The translations under genes and the position numbers were made by a program. From assembly GCA_003971905.1 (NCBI GenBank), contig RSEE01000017.1, positions 682,001 through 746,000 of the forward strand: DNA of 64,000 nt, in the 5' to 3' direction. Numbering within the stretch: the first letter of the stretch is position 1; each line of letters starts with the position of its first letter. The notes below the pieces were generated by a model. The model was not told the DNA's origin and did no database searches. It saw only the letters and a program-made list of their open reading frames with translations. The DNA comes from Moniliella sp. 'wahieum' (lineage: Eukaryota). Positions 26,470 to 37,483 of the stretch are shown here, piece after piece.

Positions 26470-27958
26470 ATGGCAGGAGGCAACTCTGACCTCGCCATCG
26501 GCCACATCGCCCAGCGACTGCCCCCCATCCCCCGCGCCCTCGTCCTCCCCTCCCCGCGACCACAGCCGTCGTATCTGGCCCCACATGCCTCATCCGGCAC
26601 CCCAAGCGACCAGGAAGCCGAGGCCGAGGGCAGCTCATCCTCCACCAGCCTCAGCCCGGACCAAGATATGCTCCCCACCCCAACTTGACGAGCTCCGCCG
26701 ACGCCCAGCCCACATCGCGTACTGCCTACTGCTTCCATTCACCTCGGACACTGGGCTGCCCGGTCGAAGTGCTCGCAGCGCTCGGCCAGGGGCCGCCGAG
26801 CGCCCCACCAGGCCAGACGGGGAAGTCTTTCGTACGTTTCCCATACGCAACCACCTTCCCGCGCCCCTCTCTCCGCCTCGTCACAGAAGGCCTCCAGGCC
26901 GAACAAGGTCTTCCAGCGCCGCGTCCGACCACCCTTTCTACCTGCAAAGCACCACGCGCCTCTCACGCAGTACCTCTGTCTCGTCTGTAGCGAGCACGCC
27001 GAGCCGTATTGGTCGCTCTCCTTCGTTGCGCTACCAACGTTCCGGGCGGGAGGAAGGACAGCCCTCTGGTCGCATCCCGCCTGGTGCGGGACAAGGAGCG
27101 TCCACCCCACGGCAGGGGACTCGATTCTGCTGTCCCCATCGCACAAGGACGCCCTGCAGGGGGAAACACTGGTGTCACGTAGCCACGATCTGTTGAGCGA
27201 AATTGCAGCCCGCGAACGGCGCCTGCTGGACTTGAAAGAAGGTACGTGCGTTGCTGTCACCGAGTTCCTAATTCGGCTTCACCTCCCTTAATTGCCCTTC
27301 CCCTAAGGGCTGAGCCTCAGCTGACACGTGGTTCTCTCCTTTATTGTAGAAGTCACGAGACAGGAACAGGAGTTGAGAATGTTGCGTAACCAATGGCAAA
27401 AGTCGGCCACGTCAACGTTGGCCCTGGCCCACGATTTCAACACTCTTCATCAGTCTCGACACCTGCCGTTGGATCTCCCAATCCTGCCAACCCCACTGCA
27501 CTTTCCCAGCCGGCGCGCCAAGCGTCCGACACGCTCAAGGCTTGGAGTGGTCGGATCGGAAGTTCTTCACCCCCGTATCTACCGTTGGCGCTTCCCCCCT
27601 CTCTTCGGTCAATGCCGTTGGGTTGGCTGGAGAGAAGGGAGAGAATGGAGAGAAAGAAGAGAGCGGTCAAATTGTGATGCAAGAGCCCCGTACCCAGAAG
27701 AGGGTGAGACCATCAAAGGACCAACTGCACCCGTCTCCACCCCACCTCCTTCAACTGAAGAAGATGCGAGAAAAAGCAATGATCCAAGTGAATGGCTCCG
27801 CCTCGATCCAACCTGACCCAGTGCTGGTCGATCCAGAAAAGCCGAATGGGACCAACTGGTGGACGAAGAACTGGATGAGCAGAGCGACCTATTTCCCCAG
27901 TACACCCTCCGGCTCTTACTCCCACCCCTCGCAATCCGCATCAAGGCCCAAGGATTGA
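26470..27958 (+). CDS. Ser/Pro-rich hypothetical protein with coiled coil (DUF4048-like)
   Basis: Spliced segment EIAARERRLLDLKE|EVTRQEQELRMLRNQW (intron 27242-27349) resembles a fungal coiled-coil family; both ends uncertain. Confidence 0.45.
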
Positions 27959-29004
27959 GAATGGCATCGTGATGGATGACGTGAAGATGGACAACCGACT
28001 CGGATCTTTTGGAAGAACTGGTGGAGAGAGGATGAACGGGATTCTGCCGGGCAGAAGAAGAGCCCTACGGCCTCCACCCTTACTCGTCCCGTCGTTTCTG
28101 CCTAACTAAAAAGAGCTCCGATAACGGGGGACGGGGTCAAACTCTTGACGCGTTTCGAAATAGTTTTGTCGTAACCAGCTGAGACGCGGGGGATCCCCTC
28201 TCCCCGCCGTCTGGACGGACGAACATCGGCGGTTACAGTCTTTATCCAGCTCGATGCGAAAACAGATCTTTGGCCGTTCCCTATGAAAACAGGGTGCACT
28301 GGTCATGACCTTTGTGACAACAGGTGTGACCATCGTTTGTCTAGTACCCCCCCTCTTTCGTGTCTTCCTCTTGCACTTGTGTTGGCTCCGATACGGATGG
28401 CGTCCTAATGACCCGTACTAGGCTTTGTTTCCCCACCTCTTTCTCTCTTTTACGCACCTTGCACGCACGCTGGCCAATTTTAGTGTACCAACAGTAGGAT
28501 ACTCTCCTATATAGACCAGACACTCTCTGTTCTCCTTGATTACTCTGTTTTTTCTGCCATCGATCTCGTAGCAACCACCTTTTTACTTTGTCCATATTTG
28601 AATGCCCAGTTGGCCCTGCCTACTCTCTCAAACATACAGCAACATCGATGTAGCGCTCGCAGCTAGTTGGCTTCTTCTCCACTGTAAATTGTGAGAGGTG
28701 TGTTCGTACTGAGTTTTTGAGACATGTGAGTACTGTGTATAAGGCTCTGATTACCATCGCGCAAAAGTGAACGTTTGAACCCATTCTGATGGGCAATTCA
28801 CCGGTACTAACGGACACTTGCATGGGCCATGAGTAATGACGTTAATGACGTACGCAGCAGTCATCCGGTAACCAGGCCAGTAACCGTGTCCAACTCACTA
28901 CCGCACACGCACCACTCCTGCCCCGGTATCCGCCTTACTGTTTCCCGTCGCGGCCCTTGCGCTTTGCATTGTCTCCGTTCCCGCCCACTTCATCGGCTGG
29001 TAAA

Positions 29005-30441
29005 ATGGTTCAGGGCGCCCAACTGGTGCTTGCGCTCGGCACGCTCACTGTGCTTGCCCGCGCCTCGGACATTGTCTGGGCCACGAAAGTGCACGCTGAA
29101 CATGTGGAGGATGCAGTGCTTCCTTTCCCCTTGATCCTCGTCCCTGGGGCCACCCGTTTGTTCCTTCCCATCCTACCTCGGCTGAAAAGGGACAAGAGGC
29201 AAGTACGCAGCACCCTCACTTTCAGATCCAGGCCCCGTTTTGCAGGACTTGCTCGCTCCCGACGCCAAGATCATTGAGCTGGTGCGCGAACCGACCGGGT
29301 GGGCATTTGCTCACGAGGCCCCCGTATACGATCCCGAGAAGGTGTACGTGTGCTGTCTTGAGACTGGCGATCTGGGAAACTTACCATGCTCATCTGCCTA
29401 CTTGATTCCTCTACGCCAGACCCTCTTTTCTTCCAATGCCGGTGCGCCCGCTGGGCGCAACGGCTCGACAAGAATAACGCCTTGTTCCAACTGCCCAACG
29501 TGACGCGCGTGGCCCAGCAGGCCGAGGCAGGGCAGCAAGCATCGTTCGACGACGGGCAGTAGTGCAAATGCGCTGGATTCCCCGCGCTGCAGATGATCAA
29601 CGGCGGCACTCCCTATGGTCAAAACCACGTGCTTCTCGTTAGTGAAGGACGCGGCTCGCTCCCGGGCACCCTCTCGCTCGTACACAAAGATCATCCTCAC
29701 CATCCTCCCACTGTATTACTCAACAATGCGTTTGGACGTCCCTTTGCCTCGCCCAACGATGCTTCGATTCATCCCATCTCGGGCCACATCTTCTTTACCG
29801 ATGGTATGGCTATGTGCAACATTTTCGTCCCGAGCCCTCGATGCCGCTGATGACATGGAGCTTTGACCCGGTGACGGGCGCGCTGCGCGTGCTGGACGAT
29901 ACAGTGCATGTGCCCAATGGGGTGGTGGTCAGCCCCGATGGCAAACGCGCCTTGGTGTGCGACACGGCCCCCGTAGGCTTTGGACTGAACCCACGGCAGA
30001 ACGCAGCCATCTACTCGTTTGATATCCACACCCACCTCTTGCCCGATGGCAACCTGACCCACTCCTTGGGCCCACGCAGCGTCTTCGCCTGGCCCCACTC
30101 GGGCATCTGCGATGGCATCAAGATGGACGCGAAGGACGTGTGTATGCCGGCACGCCGACGGCGTGCAAGTGTACGATGGCGCATCGGGCGCGGCGCTGTT
30201 CAAAATGTTCGTTCCCACCGGCGCGGCTAACATGGCATTTGCCGGAGCTGGACGCATGGCGCTGTTAGGAGAGGACCGGGTGTACTTGGTTACGGGGTTG
30301 CGAGTGACCGCGCCAGACCTCACGGCGCTCCCGCCCGCCGGTCGCCACATCCTCGAGCCTCGGGGGCTCGGGCCGACGGCTCGGGGCAGCGCTGGTGGCA
30401 GCGTGTGCGCTCGGTGCTCCGCGGGAGCAGGGGATCTCTAG
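29005..30441 (+). CDS. Secreted SMP-30/gluconolactonase-like (lactonohydrolase) beta-propeller
   Basis: Signal peptide MVQGAQLVLALGTLTVLARA; FAHEAPVYDP, INGGTPY, LLNNAFGRPFASPND, FFTD, PNGVVVSPDG, DGIKMD; intron(s) and frameshifts. Confidence 0.85.
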
Positions 30442-31804
30442 CATGATGCATGCGTGCCTAGCAACCGGTGGGATGGCGATGCCGGCGCTCTCGGTCCATC
30501 ACATCACTGCGAGCATCACTTGCGGTATCTGGATTCTGCTATCTGGAACTCTGTGTGGCGGAGGCTCGTGCGCTCAGTATGGAAATTGAACCGCACTTGA
30601 TTAATGATTGCACCGGCGCTATCCGTCTACGCGCTACGCCGATTCCGAGCGCCGAATGTGCTGAGGTAACATAATACTGCCGGTGGCGAGGGGGGCATAA
30701 GGGAGCATTGAAATGTAAAAGGAGCGGTTGCGAGCTCGTAGCTCCACTGGCTCCACTAGGTACTAGATACTAGCCACCAGTCCACCTGCCCCCACCGCTG
30801 AGCCGGTCAAATGGGAGGATTGATACTGAGGCGGAGGCGCTGAGGCGCTGAGGATGAATGATTAATGATCGATGAGATGGTGTCGATCCTCGGCCGCTCG
30901 TGGGATTTCTGTGTGACGTGTCACGCGCATCACATGGCCACATGGCCAGCGCCGACCGCAGGAGAGCGCTCCCGCGCGCAAGTGCTCAATCGCAATCACC
31001 CGCATCGCATGTGAGTGAGTATGTTCAAAGTAGAGGACACTTCCCCTGTGGCCGACACCGCCCGGATCCACATCGCCAACTGCCCTGGTGCCTTGCGAGC
31101 GGTGCGCCGACTCGCCGAGGACAAGGGTGGCCCGTGGCCGGAGGAGCGCCGAACCCTCCCGATCGCCACCGTGGCCGAGGGTGCCCCAGGCGGCCCCACA
31201 GGCGCTGCAGCACTCTCACATCTCACATGCTCACACGCTCCCACCGGCTCAACGCCCTCTGCCGCAGCGCCGCTTGCGCCGCTGTGCTGTGCTGTTTGGT
31301 CCACCGCGCACGGCGCCACTAACACATGGAATAGGGAAGCTACTGAAACGCAACGCGTAATGTAACGCACCTTGAAGCTTAGCGCTTAAAGCTCTTGAAG
31401 CTTAAAGCTTCAAGGCAGCACAGCACACCTGGGGGCAAAGACAGGCACCAGCGTGACGCATGAGCATGAGCGCTGTGCATGCAGCTTGAAGCTTGATGCA
31501 TGATGTGGCGAGTCTTGCTGCGCCCCACTGCCCTTTTGCGGCGAGCCACCGCGGAGCCACCGCGCCAGTAGCAGCACCCCACAGCACACCACACACAGCT
31601 CCAAGGGCCAGCACCATCATGCATCATGCATCATGCATCATGCACCGGCGCATCAGCGCATCAGCCCAGCCAACCCACCCTCCCCACCCTCGTCTGCCCA
31701 GAAAACAGCGAGAGAGCCTGCTCTCCCATCTCCTCTCCCCACCACACTCTCTCGTCCGCCCTCTGCTAGCCAGACCGTCCCCCCCCCCCATTCTCTTTGC
31801 CACG

Positions 31805-32518
31805 ATGAAGTTTGCCAGCCTCCTTGTTCTCGCCGCCGCCTCGTTCGCTGCTGCCTCGGACCTCCTCAACTCGGGCGAGGCGCGCGCTCTGGAGCGCAAG
31901 GCCCGCCACTCGGAGACGGCGCTCGAGAAGCGCTACCGTGTCTACTCGGGCGGCCAGGGCACCTACTACTATGGTGGCCAGGTGCGCACTCTCTCTCCAT
32001 TCCAAGTCTCTCACGCTCGCTAACTTGTGCTTCTTGCTCGCAGCTCGACAACCCGCCTGCGGCCCTACCCCCTCTGACACGACATGGTTGTTGCCGTTCC
32101 CGCTGGCGGCCCCCATGCGGCAGCTGGCTCCATCTTCGTATGTCCCACCCCTCCCAACTGACTCCTTGCCTTGCCTCTCTCATCGACCTTGCACTAACCC
32201 GTTTTCCTCTCCCCAGACTAGTTCGTATTTGGCTTCACCATAAGTAACCTTGCGCGTGCATTTTATACTGACCTGTTTCTTCTTACCTCTAGCAATGGCA
32301 AGATGGTTGCCGCCAAGGTTGTTGACCAATGTGCTGGCTGTGGTCGCCACAGGTACGTTTACTTTCCCTGTTTTGAGATGATCTCCATATTGACCGTCGC
32401 ATCATTGTTCTCGTCTAGTGTCGACATGACCAAGGGCGTCTTCCGGGAGCTTGCCGACCTCGACGTGGGCGTGCTCAAGCCGTTGCGTTACCGTGTTCTG
32501 TCGGCCGACGATTTCTAA
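31805..32518 (+). CDS. Small secreted RlpA-like double-psi beta-barrel (expansin/loosenin-like) protein
   Basis: Signal MKFASLLVLAAASFAAA, KR propeptide sites, GQGTYY, CG, YNGKMVAAKVVDQCAGC, VDMTKGVFRELADLDVG; introns 31982-32043, 32138-32216, 32221-32292, 32353-32418. Confidence 0.88.
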
Positions 32519-33911
32519 GCGCTTCCCCTCTTCCCCCCCGTCCCCGTCCCCGTCCCCGGTTCTCTTGCTATGTATCCGTGGCGTTTTTTGTCATGGTGCT
32601 TTCTCTCTGGCTTCAACGCTCTCTGTCCATCTCCAGCCTGGGGAGCGTACTGCACCGGGACGCAAATGTCCCCCTTCCTCCCGGTAGTTGAACACCCAGA
32701 TCAGATCTGTCCACACCTTCCCATCTCGTCTCGTCCTGGTGACGAGATGCCACATGCTACTTGCTGCACTGCTATCTTTTGTTTGTCATTTCTGGCTTTG
32801 CCCCCGTTACTCACGAGGTGTCCTAGGACCAGTGTCTTGCTCTACGTCCTCAGTCACCGTCAAAGTGGACGGGGCTGTCCCCTTTCTCTTTATTGCCATC
32901 TGTGGGCTCTGGTCCAGTATTTGTGTTTTTTCTTAGCTGGACTTGGTCCACCTCCCTGCCCCTAACTTTCGTCACCACCCTCACTCATTTTGCATTTTTC
33001 TTTTCCTCTTGCCCCCTCTAGTATGGTATTAGCATGTGGTCTTTCTCCACTCTTAACGGTCGGTCTGCCTCTGCTTGCACATTGGCCCGCACCAGAAAGC
33101 CAGCCCCCTCGTGACAGATATTGGCGGTCGCGCATAAAGGGAACCGCGTACCGCGTAACGCCCCAGGTATGGTGTTCCATGACTGGCAGACTGCAGCGCT
33201 GCCTGTGCGTGTTGAACGTGTTCAACGTTCACTGGACGTTCACTAGCACTAGCACTCTTCTCATGATCTCTTGTCTTAAGTTCTCATAGCTCATGCACCG
33301 CGCGCCATGGGCCCATGCTTCATGCCTGATCCTCAGGTTTCATGCATGCCGCCTGTCCCTCGAGGCTGAAAGATGCTTTCAAGCCCAAGATGCATGACGG
33401 ATCCCTTTAGTGACACAACTATGCGGTTTAGTAAGGCCTCGGGCGAGAACGGTTTGAACGGCCTGAACCTCAAGGCTGAGTCTCAGCTGAGAACACCTCC
33501 ACTTATAGGCTAGGAGTCCACAGCTCTTTGTTCTGCCACCGCTACCGCGCATTGAATATTGATCGATCGCCGTCAAAACAATTACCGTTGTGAGCCGCCA
33601 ACGAGATGTAGAGGGCTGCGGATGAATGGGGGTCCGCCGCTTCTGTGTTCAAAACGTTCGAATGAAGGCATGCTTGCACCATTGAATAATGATGGTATAT
33701 TGATGTTTGGTCCTCACAGCCCGAGCGAATGCGCTTCCAGTGCCTATCCCAAAATGAAGAAATGCAAGTCATCCTGACAATTGTAGGGACGAGCATCCTA
33801 GCCGTGGCAGCAGGGGCACAGAACCAGGAGCCTGGTATGGTAAACCAACCCCGCGCCAGCGGAAAACAAGGAGAAGCAGTCACTAGTCACTAGTCATCGG
33901 CTGCTCATGTA

Positions 33912-33994
33912 TAACCCTAACACACATATGGTGCTGCGGAAGAGGCGCAATAACAAGGGGTTCAGCATGGAGCCTGTCACTCTCGGTAACCCTA
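33912..33994. promoter_or_regulatory. Two TAACCCTA telo-box-like motifs upstream of RPS25
   Basis: TAACCCTA at 33912-33919 and 33987-33994. Confidence 0.5.
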
Positions 33995-34099
33995 GTTTTC
34001 ACCCGCCCCCGCCACCCGCCCAAGAGAAACGTTAGCGGGTCGTGGGCAGCCCAGTCCGCTGCTTCTTCCCCACCAGGCCTATTTCCCGGAGTGGTCACA

Positions 34100-34624
34100 A
34101 GTGAGTTTTCCTCCTTATCCAAAGCGGTGTCGGCGATGAACGAGAGGCACAACCCATTCTGCGCATAGCGCAGCGCGGGGCATACGCCGTGCCCCTCTTT
34201 ACCCTACACCCCGGCCGCCTTGCCGCCTTGGTCGTCGCTTGTCCCCAGTCCAAGTGGGGGGACGACGGTGGACGATCGCTGGGCCGACACGGTAGCTGAC
34301 CCGAGTCTTGTTTTCGCAGTGCCTCCTAAGAAGTCTGCAATCCTGGCTTCGGCCACCAAGTCGGCGAAGAAAAAGAAGTGGTCCAAGGGCAAGGTCAAGG
34401 ACAAGGCACAGAACAATGTTGTGCTTGACAAGGCCACGTACGACCGGATCATCAAGGAGGTGCCCACCTTCAAGTTCATCTCCCAGTCCACCCTGATTGA
34501 CCGGTTGAAGATCAATGGCTCCCTCGCCCGTCGTGCCATTAAGCACCTCGAGCAAGAAGGCCAGATTAAGCGTGTGGTTCACCACCATGCTCAATTGGTC
34601 TACACTCGCGCCACCTCGGACTAA
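34100..34624 (+). CDS. RPS25: 40S ribosomal protein S25 (start codon split by intron 34101-34319)
   Basis: MPPKK..KKKKWSKGKVKDKAQNNVVLDK..DRLKINGSLARRAI..VYTRAT. Confidence 0.97.
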
Positions 34625-35729
34625 GGTTGGGAACGGTGAGCCGCGTCGAGCGCAGTGGCTCCTTTGCTCAGATCGTCGTTGTTCTGTAGCCTCTACTCAG
34701 CGCTCTGTGCTCAGTGACAGGCTTGTTCCACTACCGCCCTTTCCAAAAATTATGCTGCATTAAGCAACTTATTCGTCTGTGTCTGTAGCCTTTTTGAGCG
34801 GGTTAGGGTCAAGACGCTTCCATAAGCCTGGCCAATTGACTTGCGTTTGGATTCCGTGGCCGAGTGATTCATTAAAACAGGAGTGTCGGCTCGGAACGCT
34901 GCTGGAATTGTGCAAGCTTTCTTCATGCGTTTCCCGTCGGGCTTGCTGGCAGACGGACGTTGCACAGAGCCGGATCGAACACAAGGTCGACGCCATAAGT
35001 CCGAAAACCCAGTGGTCATGTGTCGGTACGTGGTCACAGGTCATTTCTCGGGGAAGAGTATCAAAAGTCACCATATGACAGGCATAAAGCCTAAGGGACG
35101 ACATAGGTCTCCTTGAAAACCCCACGGACAACAGATATTATAGCACTTGCGATCTGGCGATTCCATTTGGGTCGCGCTGGCTTCGATAGCCACAGGAGAG
35201 TAAGGGGGTCACAGACGATGGGAAAAGGTGGACTGTAGATGATCTCCTTAGTATACCTCCCAAGCCGGAGACCGTAGGCTACTGTTGCGATATCATTACT
35301 CCCCGTCGTACAGAAAACTGGCCTAGACCCAATCCCCTGTTGACCGTGCCGAGTTCACCCCTATGACTTGTAAGGGCAATATCCCCGTAAAGAATCCCAT
35401 TCCCATATCGGTGCCATACAGGGGCGGTCGATTCGAATCCCACAGCCTGGAGAGTTGTGACTGCCACGGACAGAATCAGTATATGACGCACGTTTCCACC
35501 CAAACGTGAATTTTGCCTAGAAGTGTTGTTACATTGTGTTATGGAAATGCGGTCACATGATCGAAGGGAGAGGCAAAGCCATCGCCAGTACTAGGACATC
35601 AAACAACGCCACAACTCTATCATATGCAATTATTCATGTGCGCATCGCACGCTTTACATAGAGAAGGGACCTTCATGGAAACGAGCATATAGTTCACAAG
35701 TAATACAGAGACATACAACCAGCACGCAT

Positions 35730-37483
35730 TTAGAGATAGACAGCAGCCATTCCTCCGAACACTGCGAGAAGAATGACGATGGGAGGGGAGTAGGCAGAGG
35801 CAGTCACCGACCCAGCGCTCGTAGTTGAACTCATCGCGCTCGCACTGGCCGAGGCGTAGGCTGCTGAAGCAGAAGCTGCGGCGGAAGGATCGAACGGGGC
35901 CGAGGTAGCTGTAGCCACACCGCCCGTTCCTGAGGCGATGGGGGCAGAGAAGTCCGTGGCCCAGTAGATACCGGTACCTACGGCTGATTCAGTGGTTTGA
36001 CTGTAGTCCGTCGTGACGTAATTGTATCGCGACGCCGTCACATCCGTTGCAGTCGCAATAGGTACAGTCGTCTGCGCCGTCTGCGCCGCTGTTCCCGACT
36101 TGAGCGCGGCCAGACCTACTTGTGCTTGGCCCTGGTCGTTGGTCCGGAAAGCAGTAAAGTACGACTTGAGGAAAGTATCGCCCATGACTACAGTGGGCAT
36201 ACCGCTGCCGGTCAAGCCAACGTCGAATGCCGCCCCGAGGCAGTTGGTCCCTGCGTCGTCCGCAGGGCCATAGTTGAAGTCGACAGGATCGACAGCGTAC
36301 TCCTTCCCGGCCAGAGTGAACGACAGCTTAACTTCAGTATCGCATGGGAACGTGTACAGACCACTCGAGGCGTCGTCCTTGTAGTGCCCCGAACCAGGAA
36401 TGGCACCGTAAAGATCACTGATCATGCTACCCGACATGCTGATCAGTGTGGTCCCTACAATGGCAAACCGCGTCAGTTTGCTGGAGGCTCAATCACATAT
36501 GGTCGCACTTATTAGACACACATACCTGTGTCAAGGACGGTCGTGCTGGAGCTGTATTGCCGTTTGTCTCCCATCGTTGTGACTTCGTCCAATTCCACGG
36601 CCCAGTACTTGGAGTGTTGATCAACATCCATCCAAGTGATCTCGCCCGAGTACTGCTCCGAGTCTAGCTGACCCAGAGTGAAAATACCTCCCGGGGCCTC
36701 GACAGTAAGGTTGCGTGGATCGGGGTTGCGCGCAAGCTGGAACGAGAACACAGGATCGATGGCATGGAGCTTACTCAGTACCTGCCAGAACGGCGTGACG
36801 CCCATCCCGCTCAGTTCCTGTCGACCCATACCGACGAGGCCCGCTGCGGGCGCGTACACCGGGTTGTCGTACAAATAGGTCGCCAAGCCAAACGACATAC
36901 GGTCAACCGTTGCGCCGCCCATCGAGACAGTGTCCAAGACCAGTGTGCCCTCAGCCTTGCCAATGCCGTAAACCGACTTGAACGGCTGGTCGGAAATCCT
37001 AAATGTCGTCGAAGCGTCGGAAGAGAACTTGGGCACTTCGTCACATACTTTACCCCAGCACTTGTCGCTTACCACCCACGCGTCCGAGCTGCCCGTGTCG
37101 AGCACAACAGCCAGTGTCTGCCCGGGGTTGCCGAACGTAACTGGCGCATAGTAGAAGCGATCGCGCCCAACCGTCGTCAAGACCTCTTTTTGACGCTTAT
37201 TGTTGCTGGCCCGACCCGCGGTGACAACGGTCGAGTCATTGGATTGACCCACGGAGTACTTGGCGCGCAGGTGGGCAACTTCAGCTTTGGCTCGGGCCAC
37301 CGTTTCTTCGTGGGATGCCTGCAAGCCGCGCTTATTCGTACTTGCGGTTTCACGACGATACAGCGGCACAGTCAAACGCTTGATGGGAGATTGACCCGAC
37401 TCGCCTGCCATGGGCAAGGCGTTCACCACCGGTTCGGCCGCCAGGCAAATCGCCAGAAGAACAAAGGGGGAAAGGGCGCGCAT
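35730..37483 (-). CDS. Aspartic protease (A1), probably GPI-anchored (yapsin-like architecture)
   Basis: Signal peptide, VVLDTGSSD and VLDTG|TT (intron 36455-36525), VMGDTFLKSYFTAF, Ser/Thr/Ala-rich tail and hydrophobic C-terminus. Confidence 0.94.

Noticed and set aside
34101..34319. Intronic C/D snoRNA in the RPS25 intron
   Set aside because: No canonical RTGATGA box C with a terminal stem; the CTGA present coincides with the branch point.
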